Source of the DNA: Alphaproteobacteria bacterium
GTDB lineage: Bacteria > Pseudomonadota > Alphaproteobacteria > UBA828
DNA: 64,000 nucleotides
Assembly: GCA_963422645.2 (NCBI GenBank)
Contig: CAXXVO010000007.1
Location: 160,001 to 224,000, forward strand
Reading direction: 5' to 3'
Of this stretch, positions 9,995-19,663 are shown in pieces. A model generated the notes under the pieces. The model did no database searches. It was not told the DNA's origin and worked only from the letters and a program-made list of their open reading frames with translations. Numbering within the stretch: position 1 is the stretch's first letter; every line of letters begins with the position of its first letter. A program made the translations under genes and the position numbers.

Positions 9995-10056
9995 GTGGCG
10001 ATGCCACGGCGTGATCGTACGCCGCCGTGGCGAGAGCGCAAATGAGGAGGAAGGCG

Positions 10057-11307
10057 ATGAAGACGGAAGGCTTGCACGTCGTCCGGCCGCGCGCGGCGGG
10101 TCTGGACGTGCACAAGATGGAGATCACCGCGACGGTTCGCCTCTGTGAGGGCGAGGGTGAGCCGGTGGTGGAGACGCGCTGCTTCGGCACGCTGCCGAGC
10201 GGTCTGGAGGAGATGGTCGCGTGGCTGACCGGTCACGGCGTCGAGGCTGCGGTGATGGAAGGGACCGGGGTCTACTGGCAGGCGCCCTTCGCGGCCCTGG
10301 AGGCGGCCGGGCTCGAGGCGATCCTGGTGCATGCGCGTCAGGTGAAGCAGTTGAAGGGGCGCAAGACCGACGTGGCGGACAGCGTGTGGCTGGCCTGCGT
10401 GTGCCAGTTCGGGCTCTGCACGCCTTCCCACGTTCCGCCTGAGCCGTTCCGGGAGCTGCGCGCACTGAGCCGCCAGCGCCGCGTCCTGGTCAGGCAGCGC
10501 TCCGCCGTGCGCAACCGCGTGCAGAAGATCATCGACCGCGCCGGTGCGCGCATCGGCGGCATCCTCTCCGACGTCTTCGGCGTCAACGGCCGGAAGATCC
10601 TCGACGGCCTGGCGCAGGGGACGGCGCGCGAGGTCATCCTCGCCTCGCTCACCAGCCACGTTGCGAACAAGCTGGAGGGGCTCGGCGAGGCGCTCACCCT
10701 GAGCCTGGGCGACAACGACCGCTTCATGCTCAACGACCTGCTGGAGGAGCATGACGCGCTTGAGGCGCGCATCGCGTCCTACACCAGGAAGATCGACGGG
10801 CAGATGACACCGTGGGAGGAGCAGCTCCGTCTGCTGACCACCATCCCCGGCATCGACCGCACCGCCGCCTCGACCATCCTCATCGAGATCGGCCCCGACA
10901 TCGGCGTGTTCGCCTCCAAGGAGCACTTCGCCGCCTGGGCCGGGCTCTGCCCCGGCAACAACGAGAGCGGGGGCAAGCGCCGCAACGCACGCACCCGCAT
11001 GGGCTCCAAGACCCTGCGCGCCTGCCTCGTCGAGTGTGCCCACGGCGCGGCCCGAACCAAGGGGTGCCAGTTCGAGGCTCATCACCGCGCCCTCGCCGCC
11101 CGGCGCGGCTACAAGCGCGCCATCGTCGCCGGCGCTCACAAGATGCTGCGCATCATCTATGTGGTGCTCAAGACCGGCAGGCCCTACTACGACCGCACGG
11201 CCGACTACGACGCTCTGATGGTCAAGCGCAACGCTCCTCGGTGGATCCGCATGCTCCGCCGCTACGGCTACATCGAGCCCGTAGGCGCGGAACTCAAGGC
11301 CGCCTGA
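10057..11307 (+). CDS. IS110 transposase/bridge recombinase
   Basis: DEDD motifs GLDVHK, VMEGTG, KTDVADS; C-terminal GLCPGNNESGGK serine motif. RBS GAGGAGGAAGG. Confidence 0.95.
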   Translation: MKTEGLHVVRPRAAGLDVHKMEITATVRLCEGEGEPVVETRCFGTLPSGLEEMVAWLTGHGVEAAVMEGTGVYWQAPFAALEAAGLEAILVHARQVKQLKGRKTDVADSVWLACVCQFGLCTPSHVPPEPFRELRALSRQRRVLVRQRSAVRNRVQKIIDRAGARIGGILSDVFGVNGRKILDGLAQGTAREVILASLTSHVANKLEGLGEALTLSLGDNDRFMLNDLLEEHDALEARIASYTRKIDGQMTPWEEQLRLLTTIPGIDRTAASTILIEIGPDIGVFASKEHFAAWAGLCPGNNESGGKRRNARTRMGSKTLRACLVECAHGAARTKGCQFEAHHRALAARRGYKRAIVAGAHKMLRIIYVVLKTGRPYYDRTADYDALMVKRNAPRWIRMLRRYGYIEPVGAELKAA

Positions 11308-11469
11308 GCGGCCCGCATCTCGTCAGCCGGCTACGCGGGACCGCTTCGGACCACATCGGGGAAGTCCACCGCTCGTCTCCGCCGCGCCGACCCTGGCGGT
11401 CTCAGCCAACGCCGTGACCTCGGGGTTGGAGCGTCACCGCGCGTCCCTCGCCAGAATCTGTTTCACGGC

Positions 11470-13239
11470 AAACAGTCATGGTCCCCGCGGTTCTGAGCCA
11501 CCCCGTGGCATGAAACAGGAGCGGTTCGGCTGACGTTTTCCTTGCGCTTGCACCCATTTGCCGTGTCAGGATGGGTATTGGCGGAGGTGGGGACGTGTGA
11601 GCGTCGTTATATCGGTGACGTAGTTCCCGATGACAAAACTGCTTCCGGCGGCCGGCTCCGCACCCCGTATTGTACCCGGCCCGTGGCCGTGGACGCGCGG
11701 CAAATTGCACCGCACCCGCTCGTCGGATGCGTGTTCTTCCGACCGCTGTCCCCGCCTCCACCGTGGCGATGCCACGGCGTGATCGTACGCCGCCGTGGCG
11801 AGAGCGCAAATGAGGAGGAAGGCGATGAAGACGGAAGGCTTGCACGTCGTCCGGCCGCGCGCGGCGGGTCTGGACGTGCACAAGATGGAGATCACCGCGA
11901 CGGTTCGCCTCTGTGAGGGCGAGGGTGAGCCGGTGGTGGAGACGCGCTGCTTCGGCACGCTGCCGAGCGGTCTGGAGGAGATGGTCGCGTGGCTGACCGG
12001 TCACGGCGTCGAGGCTGCGGTGATGGAAGGGACCGGGGTCTACTGGCAGGCGCCCTTCGCGGCCCTGGAGGCGGCCGGGCTCGAGGCGATCCTGGTGCAT
12101 GCGCGTCAGGTGAAGCAGTTGAAGGGGCGCAAGACCGACGTGGCGGACAGCGTGTGGCTGGCCTGCGTGTGCCAGTTCGGGCTCTGCACGCCTTCCCACG
12201 TTCCGCCTGAGCCGTTCCGGGAGCTGCGCGCACTGAGCCGCCAGCGCCGCGTCCTGGTCAGGCAGCGCTCCGCCGTGCGCAACCGCGTGCAGAAGATCAT
12301 CGACCGCGCCGGTGCGCGCATCGGCGGCATCCTCTCCGACGTCTTCGGCGTCAACGGCCGGAAGATCCTCGACGGCCTGGCGCAGGGGACGGCGCGCGAG
12401 GTCATCCTCGCCTCGCTCACCAGCCACGTTGCGAACAAGCTGGAGGGGCTCGGCGAGGCGCTCACCCTGAGCCTGGGCGACAACGACCGCTTCATGCTCA
12501 ACGACCTGCTGGAGGAGCATGACGCGCTTGAGGCGCGCATCGCGTCCTACACCAGGAAGATCGACGGGCAGATGACACCGTGGGAGGAGCAGCTCCGTCT
12601 GCTGACCACCATCCCCGGCATCGACCGCACCGCCGCCTCGACCATCCTCATCGAGATCGGCCCCGACATCGGCGTGTTCGCCTCCAAGGAGCACTTCGCC
12701 GCCTGGGCCGGGCTCTGCCCCGGCAACAACGAGAGCGGGGGCAAGCGCCGCAACGCACGCACCCGCATGGGCTCCAAGACCCTGCGCGCCTGCCTCGTCG
12801 AGTGTGCCCACGGCGCGGCCCGAACCAAGGGGTGCCAGTTCGAGGCTCATCACCGCGCCCTCGCCGCCCGGCGCGGCTACAAGCGCGCCATCGTCGCCGG
12901 CGCTCACAAGATGCTGCGCATCATCTATGTGGTGCTCAAGACCGGCAGGCCCTACTACGACCGCACGGCCGACTACGACGCTCTGATGGTCAAGCGCAAC
13001 GCTCCTCGGTGGATCCGCATGCTCCGCCGCTACGGCTACATCGAGCCCGTAGGCGCGGAACTCAAGGCCGCCTGAGCGGCCCGCATCTCGTCAGCCGGCT
13101 ACGCGGGACCGCTTCGGACCACATCGGGGAAGTCCACCGCTCGTCTCCGCCGCGCCGACCCTGGCGGTCTCAGCCAACGCCGTGACCTCGGGGTTGGAGC
13201 GTCACCGCGCGTCCCTCGCCAGAATCTGTTTCACGGCAA
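11470..13239 (+). mobile_element. IS110-family element, copy 2
   Basis: Same sequence as copy 1 at offset 1768 bp. Confidence 0.9.
11825..13075 (+). CDS. IS110 transposase/bridge recombinase (same translation as copy 1)
   Basis: Translation identical to 10057-11307. Confidence 0.95.
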   Translation: MKTEGLHVVRPRAAGLDVHKMEITATVRLCEGEGEPVVETRCFGTLPSGLEEMVAWLTGHGVEAAVMEGTGVYWQAPFAALEAAGLEAILVHARQVKQLKGRKTDVADSVWLACVCQFGLCTPSHVPPEPFRELRALSRQRRVLVRQRSAVRNRVQKIIDRAGARIGGILSDVFGVNGRKILDGLAQGTAREVILASLTSHVANKLEGLGEALTLSLGDNDRFMLNDLLEEHDALEARIASYTRKIDGQMTPWEEQLRLLTTIPGIDRTAASTILIEIGPDIGVFASKEHFAAWAGLCPGNNESGGKRRNARTRMGSKTLRACLVECAHGAARTKGCQFEAHHRALAARRGYKRAIVAGAHKMLRIIYVVLKTGRPYYDRTADYDALMVKRNAPRWIRMLRRYGYIEPVGAELKAA

Positions 13240-13347
13240 GCATATATGGGCTGAGCCGGCCGCACTCCGGCGGAGCCTGCGAGCGCACACGCCACCCGGC
13301 CCAGCGCCGACCGCGTCCGGCCGGACTGGAACGATGAAGTCTCGCGA

Positions 13348-14412
13348 TCAGGCAAGCTTGGCGCCCGTCGGCACGAGACCGGTTTCAGAGAACCGCCAAA
13401 GTGCGATGAGTAGCTTGCGGGCGAGCGCCACGACCATCACTCGACGAATACGTCCCCGGGCTCCGGCGGTGCGCCCCTCGAACCACTTGCTAAGCGCGCT
13501 GTCGGGTTGATGACGCAACCAGCGCCACGCTATTTGGATGAGGAGGGCACGGATCCAGGCCGGACCGTCGCGGCCGATCCCCTGATCGCGTTGCATTTCC
13601 CCGCTTGCCCACGGGGTCGGCGTCAACCCGACCCAGCTCGCAAGCTCACGGCGGTTGCGGAAGTCGCGGTAGAAGATCTCGTGCTCGAGCAGCCTCGCGT
13701 CGTTCGCGCCGATCCCATTCAGCTGGGTCAACGTCGCGATCTTGGCCGTCACCTTCTCCTGGCTTCCCTCCGGCGCGACCGGCACCGCGATAGCCTCGCC
13801 CTGGCGGACAACTTCATCTCGCTCGGCCTCGACTTCCGCGATCTGCCGCTGCACGAGCGACAGCCTCTCCACAAGCCGAAGGATCTCCTGGCGAGCCCGC
13901 GGCGGGAACGGCGATCCATACGCGGTCACCGCGTCCGCGAACCTCCGCTCGAACCCTTTGGCGCGCGGGTCCAGGTCGAAGACCCCCTGAAGCTTCAGCA
14001 GCCCCTTGATCGAGTTGGTCAGCGAGGTCCGCTCCTTCACCAGGCGCCGGCGCTCGCGAAGCAGTCGCTTGCGATCTTCCTCCTCCACGCTCGGAACCCG
14101 CACCTGGCTCAGCACCGCAGCGTCGCCCCGGTCGTGCGCGAGCAGCGCTCGTACCATCTTCTTCGCGTCAATCCGATCCGTCTTGCGCTGCTTCGCCTTC
14201 CGATTCACCAACAGGCTCGCCGGATCGAGCACCACCGTCTCGATGGACATCTCCCGGTCCAGCCAGCGCTCCAGCCAGAAGCCCTCGTAGCCCGCCTCGT
14301 AACAGCACAGAACGCGCACCTCTCGGCCGAGGGCCCGTTCCGCCTTGGCCCGCTGATGCTCGATCAGCTCTCTGAGGCCTTCGACGTCCGCTGGCTGTTG
14401 ATCGGCGTGCAA
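13348..14412 (-). pseudogene. Second, unrelated IS110-family transposase, 5'-truncated
   Basis: CCYEAGYEGFWL, KTDRIDA, VGLTPTPWASG..RDQGI, VALARKLLIALWR. The first catalytic strand and the start are missing; an IS end lies at 14448. Confidence 0.85.
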
Positions 14413-14447
14413 TTTTGGCCCCGTAGTATCAAGCTACTTCAATAACT

Positions 14448-16890
14448 TCAGACTTCCTGACCTCGTGATGCTGGCTGTTCTGGGCAGCGTGCCGGGAACT
14501 CCTTGAATTCTGATACATTTCGGTTGTTTCAGGCGGTTTTTCGCTGGGTGTCGCGCCCGAGGTCTGATAGTATAATTTGATACCAATTGCACGGTCTCAA
14601 CCATGCCCAGTACCCTCCCAATGTGCCCTCCAGAGGCGGTCTCGATCGGCAACAGCTGCTTCGCCGTCCTGATCTCGGACGACACCTTCACCTACTTTTC
14701 CAACCTCATTCCCTTTGACAGCCACGCCGCCGATGACCGCACGGCCATGCTCTTGCGGATCGGCCGCCTCGCGGCGATCAGCGCGGTCTCGCCGCAGGAA
14801 CTGGCTGACGCTTTCGCTGTCTCGCGCGCGACGGTGCAGCGCGCACGACGGCGCTACCTGGCCGAGGGCGAAGCGGGGTTCATGAAGCCCCGGCGCGGTC
14901 GCGGGCCGTCGGTGTTCACTCCGGAGTTGGCGGAGAAGGCGACGGCGTTGCTGGCATCGGGCCTGAGCGGCTCTGCGGCGGCCCGGGTTCTCGGCGTGTC
15001 AGCGCCATCGGTCAACAAGTGGCGCCGTCAGGGACTGATCGGCAACACGGAGGCGGATGGGGAGCCCGGACGCTCAGCGCTGGCTGCGCCGCCTGACGCG
15101 GGTGCGGCTCCTGAAGGCCGTGTCGATGAAGAGAGTACCGGTGCCCCGGGGCCGGAGACGGCGCCGGGGCTGGAAGCGCAGCCGCAAACGGATCGCAGCG
15201 CGCGCGATCGGCGGGACCGGCAGGCGCCGATGGGGCGTGCGACTTGCGATGTTCCGGCTCGGGTTCTGGCCAGTTGTGGACAGGCGGGGCCGGTCGAACC
15301 GCAGTTCGCCGCCGCCGCCCGCGGTGTCCGCTTCGGCGGCGTGCTCGCCGCCCTGCCGGCCCTGCTGAAGGAAGGTCTTCTCTCCGAGACCGGTCTCCTG
15401 CCATTGCTGCCGAAGGGCTATTACGGCTTGCCTACGATCCTGCTCTTCCTGGCCTTCATGACCTTGGCGCGGGTGCGCAACCCCGAGAGCCTGCGCTACC
15501 AGGCGCCGGGCGAATGGGGCGCCATTCTCGGCCTCGATCGCTGCCCCGAGGTCAAGACGCTGCGCCGCAAGATCGCTCTCATCGCCGACGACGAGGCCGG
15601 CGTGCGGGCGTGGCAGCTCGCCCTTGCCAGGCGCTGGCAGGCGCCGACGAGCCGGAGCTCTGGGCGACGCTGGCCATCGACGGGCACGTCAAGGTCTACT
15701 CCGGCCGCAAGGGGCGCTTGCCCAAGCACTTCGTCTCGCGCGAGAAGCTGTGCCTGCCGGCGAGCGCCAGCTACTGGATCAACGCTCTGGGCGGCAAGCC
15801 GCTGCTCTGTCTGCACAAGCCGCTGGACCCGAAGATGGTCGCGGCCATCGAAGCCGACGTGGTGCCGGCGCTGCAGGAGCTTGGGATCGTTGGCGCCGGG
15901 GCGCCGGACCTGACCGCCGAGCATCCCGGCCAGCCGGCGCTCACCCTGGTCTTCGACCGCGAGGGCTGGAGCCCGGATCTGTTCCGCCGGCTGGCGAGGC
16001 GCGGCGTCGCCTGCCTGACCTGGCACAAGAACTTCAGGGGCGAGGACTGGCCGGCCGAGGACTTCGGCGCGATGACCGTTCCCATTCACGGACCGGCGGC
16101 GGACGGCAGCGCCACCATGCGGCTGGCTGAGAAGCCGGTGACGTTGCCGAACGGCTTCAGGGTGCGCCAGATCCGCCGCCTGCTCGACAACGGCCGTCAG
16201 GTGCCGCTGATCACCACCGATCCGCACAAGCCGATGGCTGAGGTTGCGGGCGCCATGTTCTCGCGCTGGTCGCAGGAGAACTTCTTCAAGTACATGCGTG
16301 ACGAGTTCAATCTCGACGCCCTGCCGACCCACGAGCTCGAGCCTCTCGATCCCGCCGCCATGGTCGTCAACCCGCTGCGGCGGGCCTATGACAAGGCAAT
16401 CCATCGCCTCGACCGCCAGCTTGGCCGCCTGCGCAACCGCATCGCCGACACGGCCCGGAAGAAGCAGCCGACGGCGGAACTCAGGAGGGAAGTCAGGGAC
16501 CTCCAGGATGTCCGCGACATCGTCAGGGCCAGCCGCAGGGAGACGCCCAAGCACTGCCGGGCCGGCGACCTCGACGAAGCCGAGCAGCTCGATGCCTTGC
16601 CCGCGCGCGAGCGCCTCCTCCTCGACGTCATCCGGATGATCGCCTACCGCGCCGAAACCCGCATGATGCTTCCCGTCATGCAGGCGCAGGGCCACAAGCC
16701 CCATCCCCGGAAACTGCTTCAAGCGCTGCTCACCGCCGATGCCGACATCCTGCCGGATCCTGGCAATGGCCTCCTGCGGGTCCACATTCTTGGCCTCGCA
16801 AACGACGCCTGCGACCGTTGGATCGATGCGGTTCTGAGCGACCTGAACGCCACCGAAACGGTCTTCCCCGGCACCCGTCTGCGCATAGTC
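14448..16890 (+). mobile_element. Unclassified DDE IS, outer copy (left IR plus body, interrupted 75 bp before its right end)
   Basis: IRL TCAGACTTCCTGACCTC at 14448. A 2443-bp direct repeat of 16891-19333; one SNP noticed (14570 G vs 17013 T). Confidence 0.9.
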
Positions 16891-16911
16891 TCAGACTTCC
16901 TGACCTCGTGA
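14603..16911 (+). pseudogene. Large HTH + DDE transposase, frameshift at about 15643, C-terminus replaced by read-through into the next IRL
   Basis: Two HTH segments; GVLAALPALL, LGLDRCPEVKTLR; catalytic-like IDGHVKVY, VFDREGWS, RWSQENFFKY. Confidence 0.75.
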
Positions 16912-19405
16912 TGCTGGCTGTTCTGGGCAGCGTGCCGGGAACTCCTTGAATTCTGATACATTTCGGTTGTTTCAGGCGGTTTTTCGCTGGGTGTCGCGCC
17001 CGAGGTCTGATATTATAATTTGATACCAATTGCACGGTCTCAACCATGCCCAGTACCCTCCCAATGTGCCCTCCAGAGGCGGTCTCGATCGGCAACAGCT
17101 GCTTCGCCGTCCTGATCTCGGACGACACCTTCACCTACTTTTCCAACCTCATTCCCTTTGACAGCCACGCCGCCGATGACCGCACGGCCATGCTCTTGCG
17201 GATCGGCCGCCTCGCGGCGATCAGCGCGGTCTCGCCGCAGGAACTGGCTGACGCTTTCGCTGTCTCGCGCGCGACGGTGCAGCGCGCACGACGGCGCTAC
17301 CTGGCCGAGGGCGAAGCGGGGTTCATGAAGCCCCGGCGCGGTCGCGGGCCGTCGGTGTTCACTCCGGAGTTGGCGGAGAAGGCGACGGCGTTGCTGGCAT
17401 CGGGCCTGAGCGGCTCTGCGGCGGCCCGGGTTCTCGGCGTGTCAGCGCCATCGGTCAACAAGTGGCGCCGTCAGGGACTGATCGGCAACACGGAGGCGGA
17501 TGGGGAGCCCGGACGCTCAGCGCTGGCTGCGCCGCCTGACGCGGGTGCGGCTCCTGAAGGCCGTGTCGATGAAGAGAGTACCGGTGCCCCGGGGCCGGAG
17601 ACGGCGCCGGGGCTGGAAGCGCAGCCGCAAACGGATCGCAGCGCGCGCGATCGGCGGGACCGGCAGGCGCCGATGGGGCGTGCGACTTGCGATGTTCCGG
17701 CTCGGGTTCTGGCCAGTTGTGGACAGGCGGGGCCGGTCGAACCGCAGTTCGCCGCCGCCGCCCGCGGTGTCCGCTTCGGCGGCGTGCTCGCCGCCCTGCC
17801 GGCCCTGCTGAAGGAAGGTCTTCTCTCCGAGACCGGTCTCCTGCCATTGCTGCCGAAGGGCTATTACGGCTTGCCTACGATCCTGCTCTTCCTGGCCTTC
17901 ATGACCTTGGCGCGGGTGCGCAACCCCGAGAGCCTGCGCTACCAGGCGCCGGGCGAATGGGGCGCCATTCTCGGCCTCGATCGCTGCCCCGAGGTCAAGA
18001 CGCTGCGCCGCAAGATCGCTCTCATCGCCGACGACGAGGCCGGCGTGCGGGCGTGGCAGCTCGCCCTTGCCAGGCGCTGGCAGGCGCCGACGAGCCGGAG
18101 CTCTGGGCGACGCTGGCCATCGACGGGCACGTCAAGGTCTACTCCGGCCGCAAGGGGCGCTTGCCCAAGCACTTCGTCTCGCGCGAGAAGCTGTGCCTGC
18201 CGGCGAGCGCCAGCTACTGGATCAACGCTCTGGGCGGCAAGCCGCTGCTCTGTCTGCACAAGCCGCTGGACCCGAAGATGGTCGCGGCCATCGAAGCCGA
18301 CGTGGTGCCGGCGCTGCAGGAGCTTGGGATCGTTGGCGCCGGGGCGCCGGACCTGACCGCCGAGCATCCCGGCCAGCCGGCGCTCACCCTGGTCTTCGAC
18401 CGCGAGGGCTGGAGCCCGGATCTGTTCCGCCGGCTGGCGAGGCGCGGCGTCGCCTGCCTGACCTGGCACAAGAACTTCAGGGGCGAGGACTGGCCGGCCG
18501 AGGACTTCGGCGCGATGACCGTTCCCATTCACGGACCGGCGGCGGACGGCAGCGCCACCATGCGGCTGGCTGAGAAGCCGGTGACGTTGCCGAACGGCTT
18601 CAGGGTGCGCCAGATCCGCCGCCTGCTCGACAACGGCCGTCAGGTGCCGCTGATCACCACCGATCCGCACAAGCCGATGGCTGAGGTTGCGGGCGCCATG
18701 TTCTCGCGCTGGTCGCAGGAGAACTTCTTCAAGTACATGCGTGACGAGTTCAATCTCGACGCCCTGCCGACCCACGAGCTCGAGCCTCTCGATCCCGCCG
18801 CCATGGTCGTCAACCCGCTGCGGCGGGCCTATGACAAGGCAATCCATCGCCTCGACCGCCAGCTTGGCCGCCTGCGCAACCGCATCGCCGACACGGCCCG
18901 GAAGAAGCAGCCGACGGCGGAACTCAGGAGGGAAGTCAGGGACCTCCAGGATGTCCGCGACATCGTCAGGGCCAGCCGCAGGGAGACGCCCAAGCACTGC
19001 CGGGCCGGCGACCTCGACGAAGCCGAGCAGCTCGATGCCTTGCCCGCGCGCGAGCGCCTCCTCCTCGACGTCATCCGGATGATCGCCTACCGCGCCGAAA
19101 CCCGCATGATGCTTCCCGTCATGCAGGCGCAGGGCCACAAGCCCCATCCCCGGAAACTGCTTCAAGCGCTGCTCACCGCCGATGCCGACATCCTGCCGGA
19201 TCCTGGCAATGGCCTCCTGCGGGTCCACATTCTTGGCCTCGCAAACGACGCCTGCGACCGTTGGATCGATGCGGTTCTGAGCGACCTGAACGCCACCGAA
19301 ACGGTCTTCCCCGGCACCCGTCTGCGCATAGTCTACGACATCGACGGGGCCTCGGAATCCGCGCGGCTCGTGTCACCTAAAATCAGCAGAGGTCAGGAAG
19401 TCTGA
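16891..19405 (+). mobile_element. Unclassified DDE IS, inner complete copy (2515 bp, perfect 17-bp IRs)
   Basis: IRL 16891-16907 and IRR 19389-19405 (GAGGTCAGGAAGTCTGA). Flanked by duplicated GTC (or AGTCT if the IRs are 16 bp). Confidence 0.92.
17046..19405 (+). pseudogene. Large HTH + DDE transposase with the same frameshift (about 18086); stop codon lies inside IRR
   Basis: Same motifs as the outer copy; ends SPKISRGQEV-TGA. Confidence 0.75.
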
Positions 19406-19555
19406 GTCTACGACATCGACGGGGCCTCGGAATCCGCGCGGCTCGTGTCACCTAAAATCAGCAGAGGTCAGGAAGTCTGAGTCTACGACATCGACGGGGC
19501 CTCGGAATCCGCGCGGCTCGTGTCACCTAAAATCAGCAGAGGTCAGGAAGTCTGA
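19331..19555 (+). repeat. Three exact 75-bp tandem copies of the IS right end
   Basis: Units 19331-19405, 19406-19480 and 19481-19555, each GTCTACGAC...GAGGTCAGGAAGTCTGA. Confidence 0.97.
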
Positions 19556-19612
19556 TATTGTGTGAGGTGAGCTACGCTGATAGAGTGTGCGGGTGGGAAA
19601 CAAAGTGCGAAC
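19555..19612 (+). promoter_or_regulatory. Putative nrdJ promoter with half NrdR box and near-consensus LexA box
   Basis: TTGTGT(19558)-N17-TAGAGT(19581); ATATTGTGT at 19555-19563; AAAC-N7-GAAC at 19598-19612. Confidence 0.4.
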
Positions 19613-19663
19613 ATCAATAGAAATCGCGCCAATGGCCGAACATCCGGAGGCGCTGGACCGGCC

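Larger units (their letters stand above)
9702..11471 (+). mobile_element. IS110-family element, copy 1 (1768-bp unit plus AA core)
   Basis: Direct repeat of 11470-13239 with no differences noticed. No long terminal IRs and no TSD beyond AA. Confidence 0.9.

Noticed and set aside
11430-11500. Junction promoter formed across the IS110 circle junction
   Set aside because: No convincing -35/-10 pair at 16-18 bp spacing is visible.
19331-19555. 75-bp repeats as a CRISPR array
   Set aside because: No spacers and no cas genes; the units are exact IS right ends.
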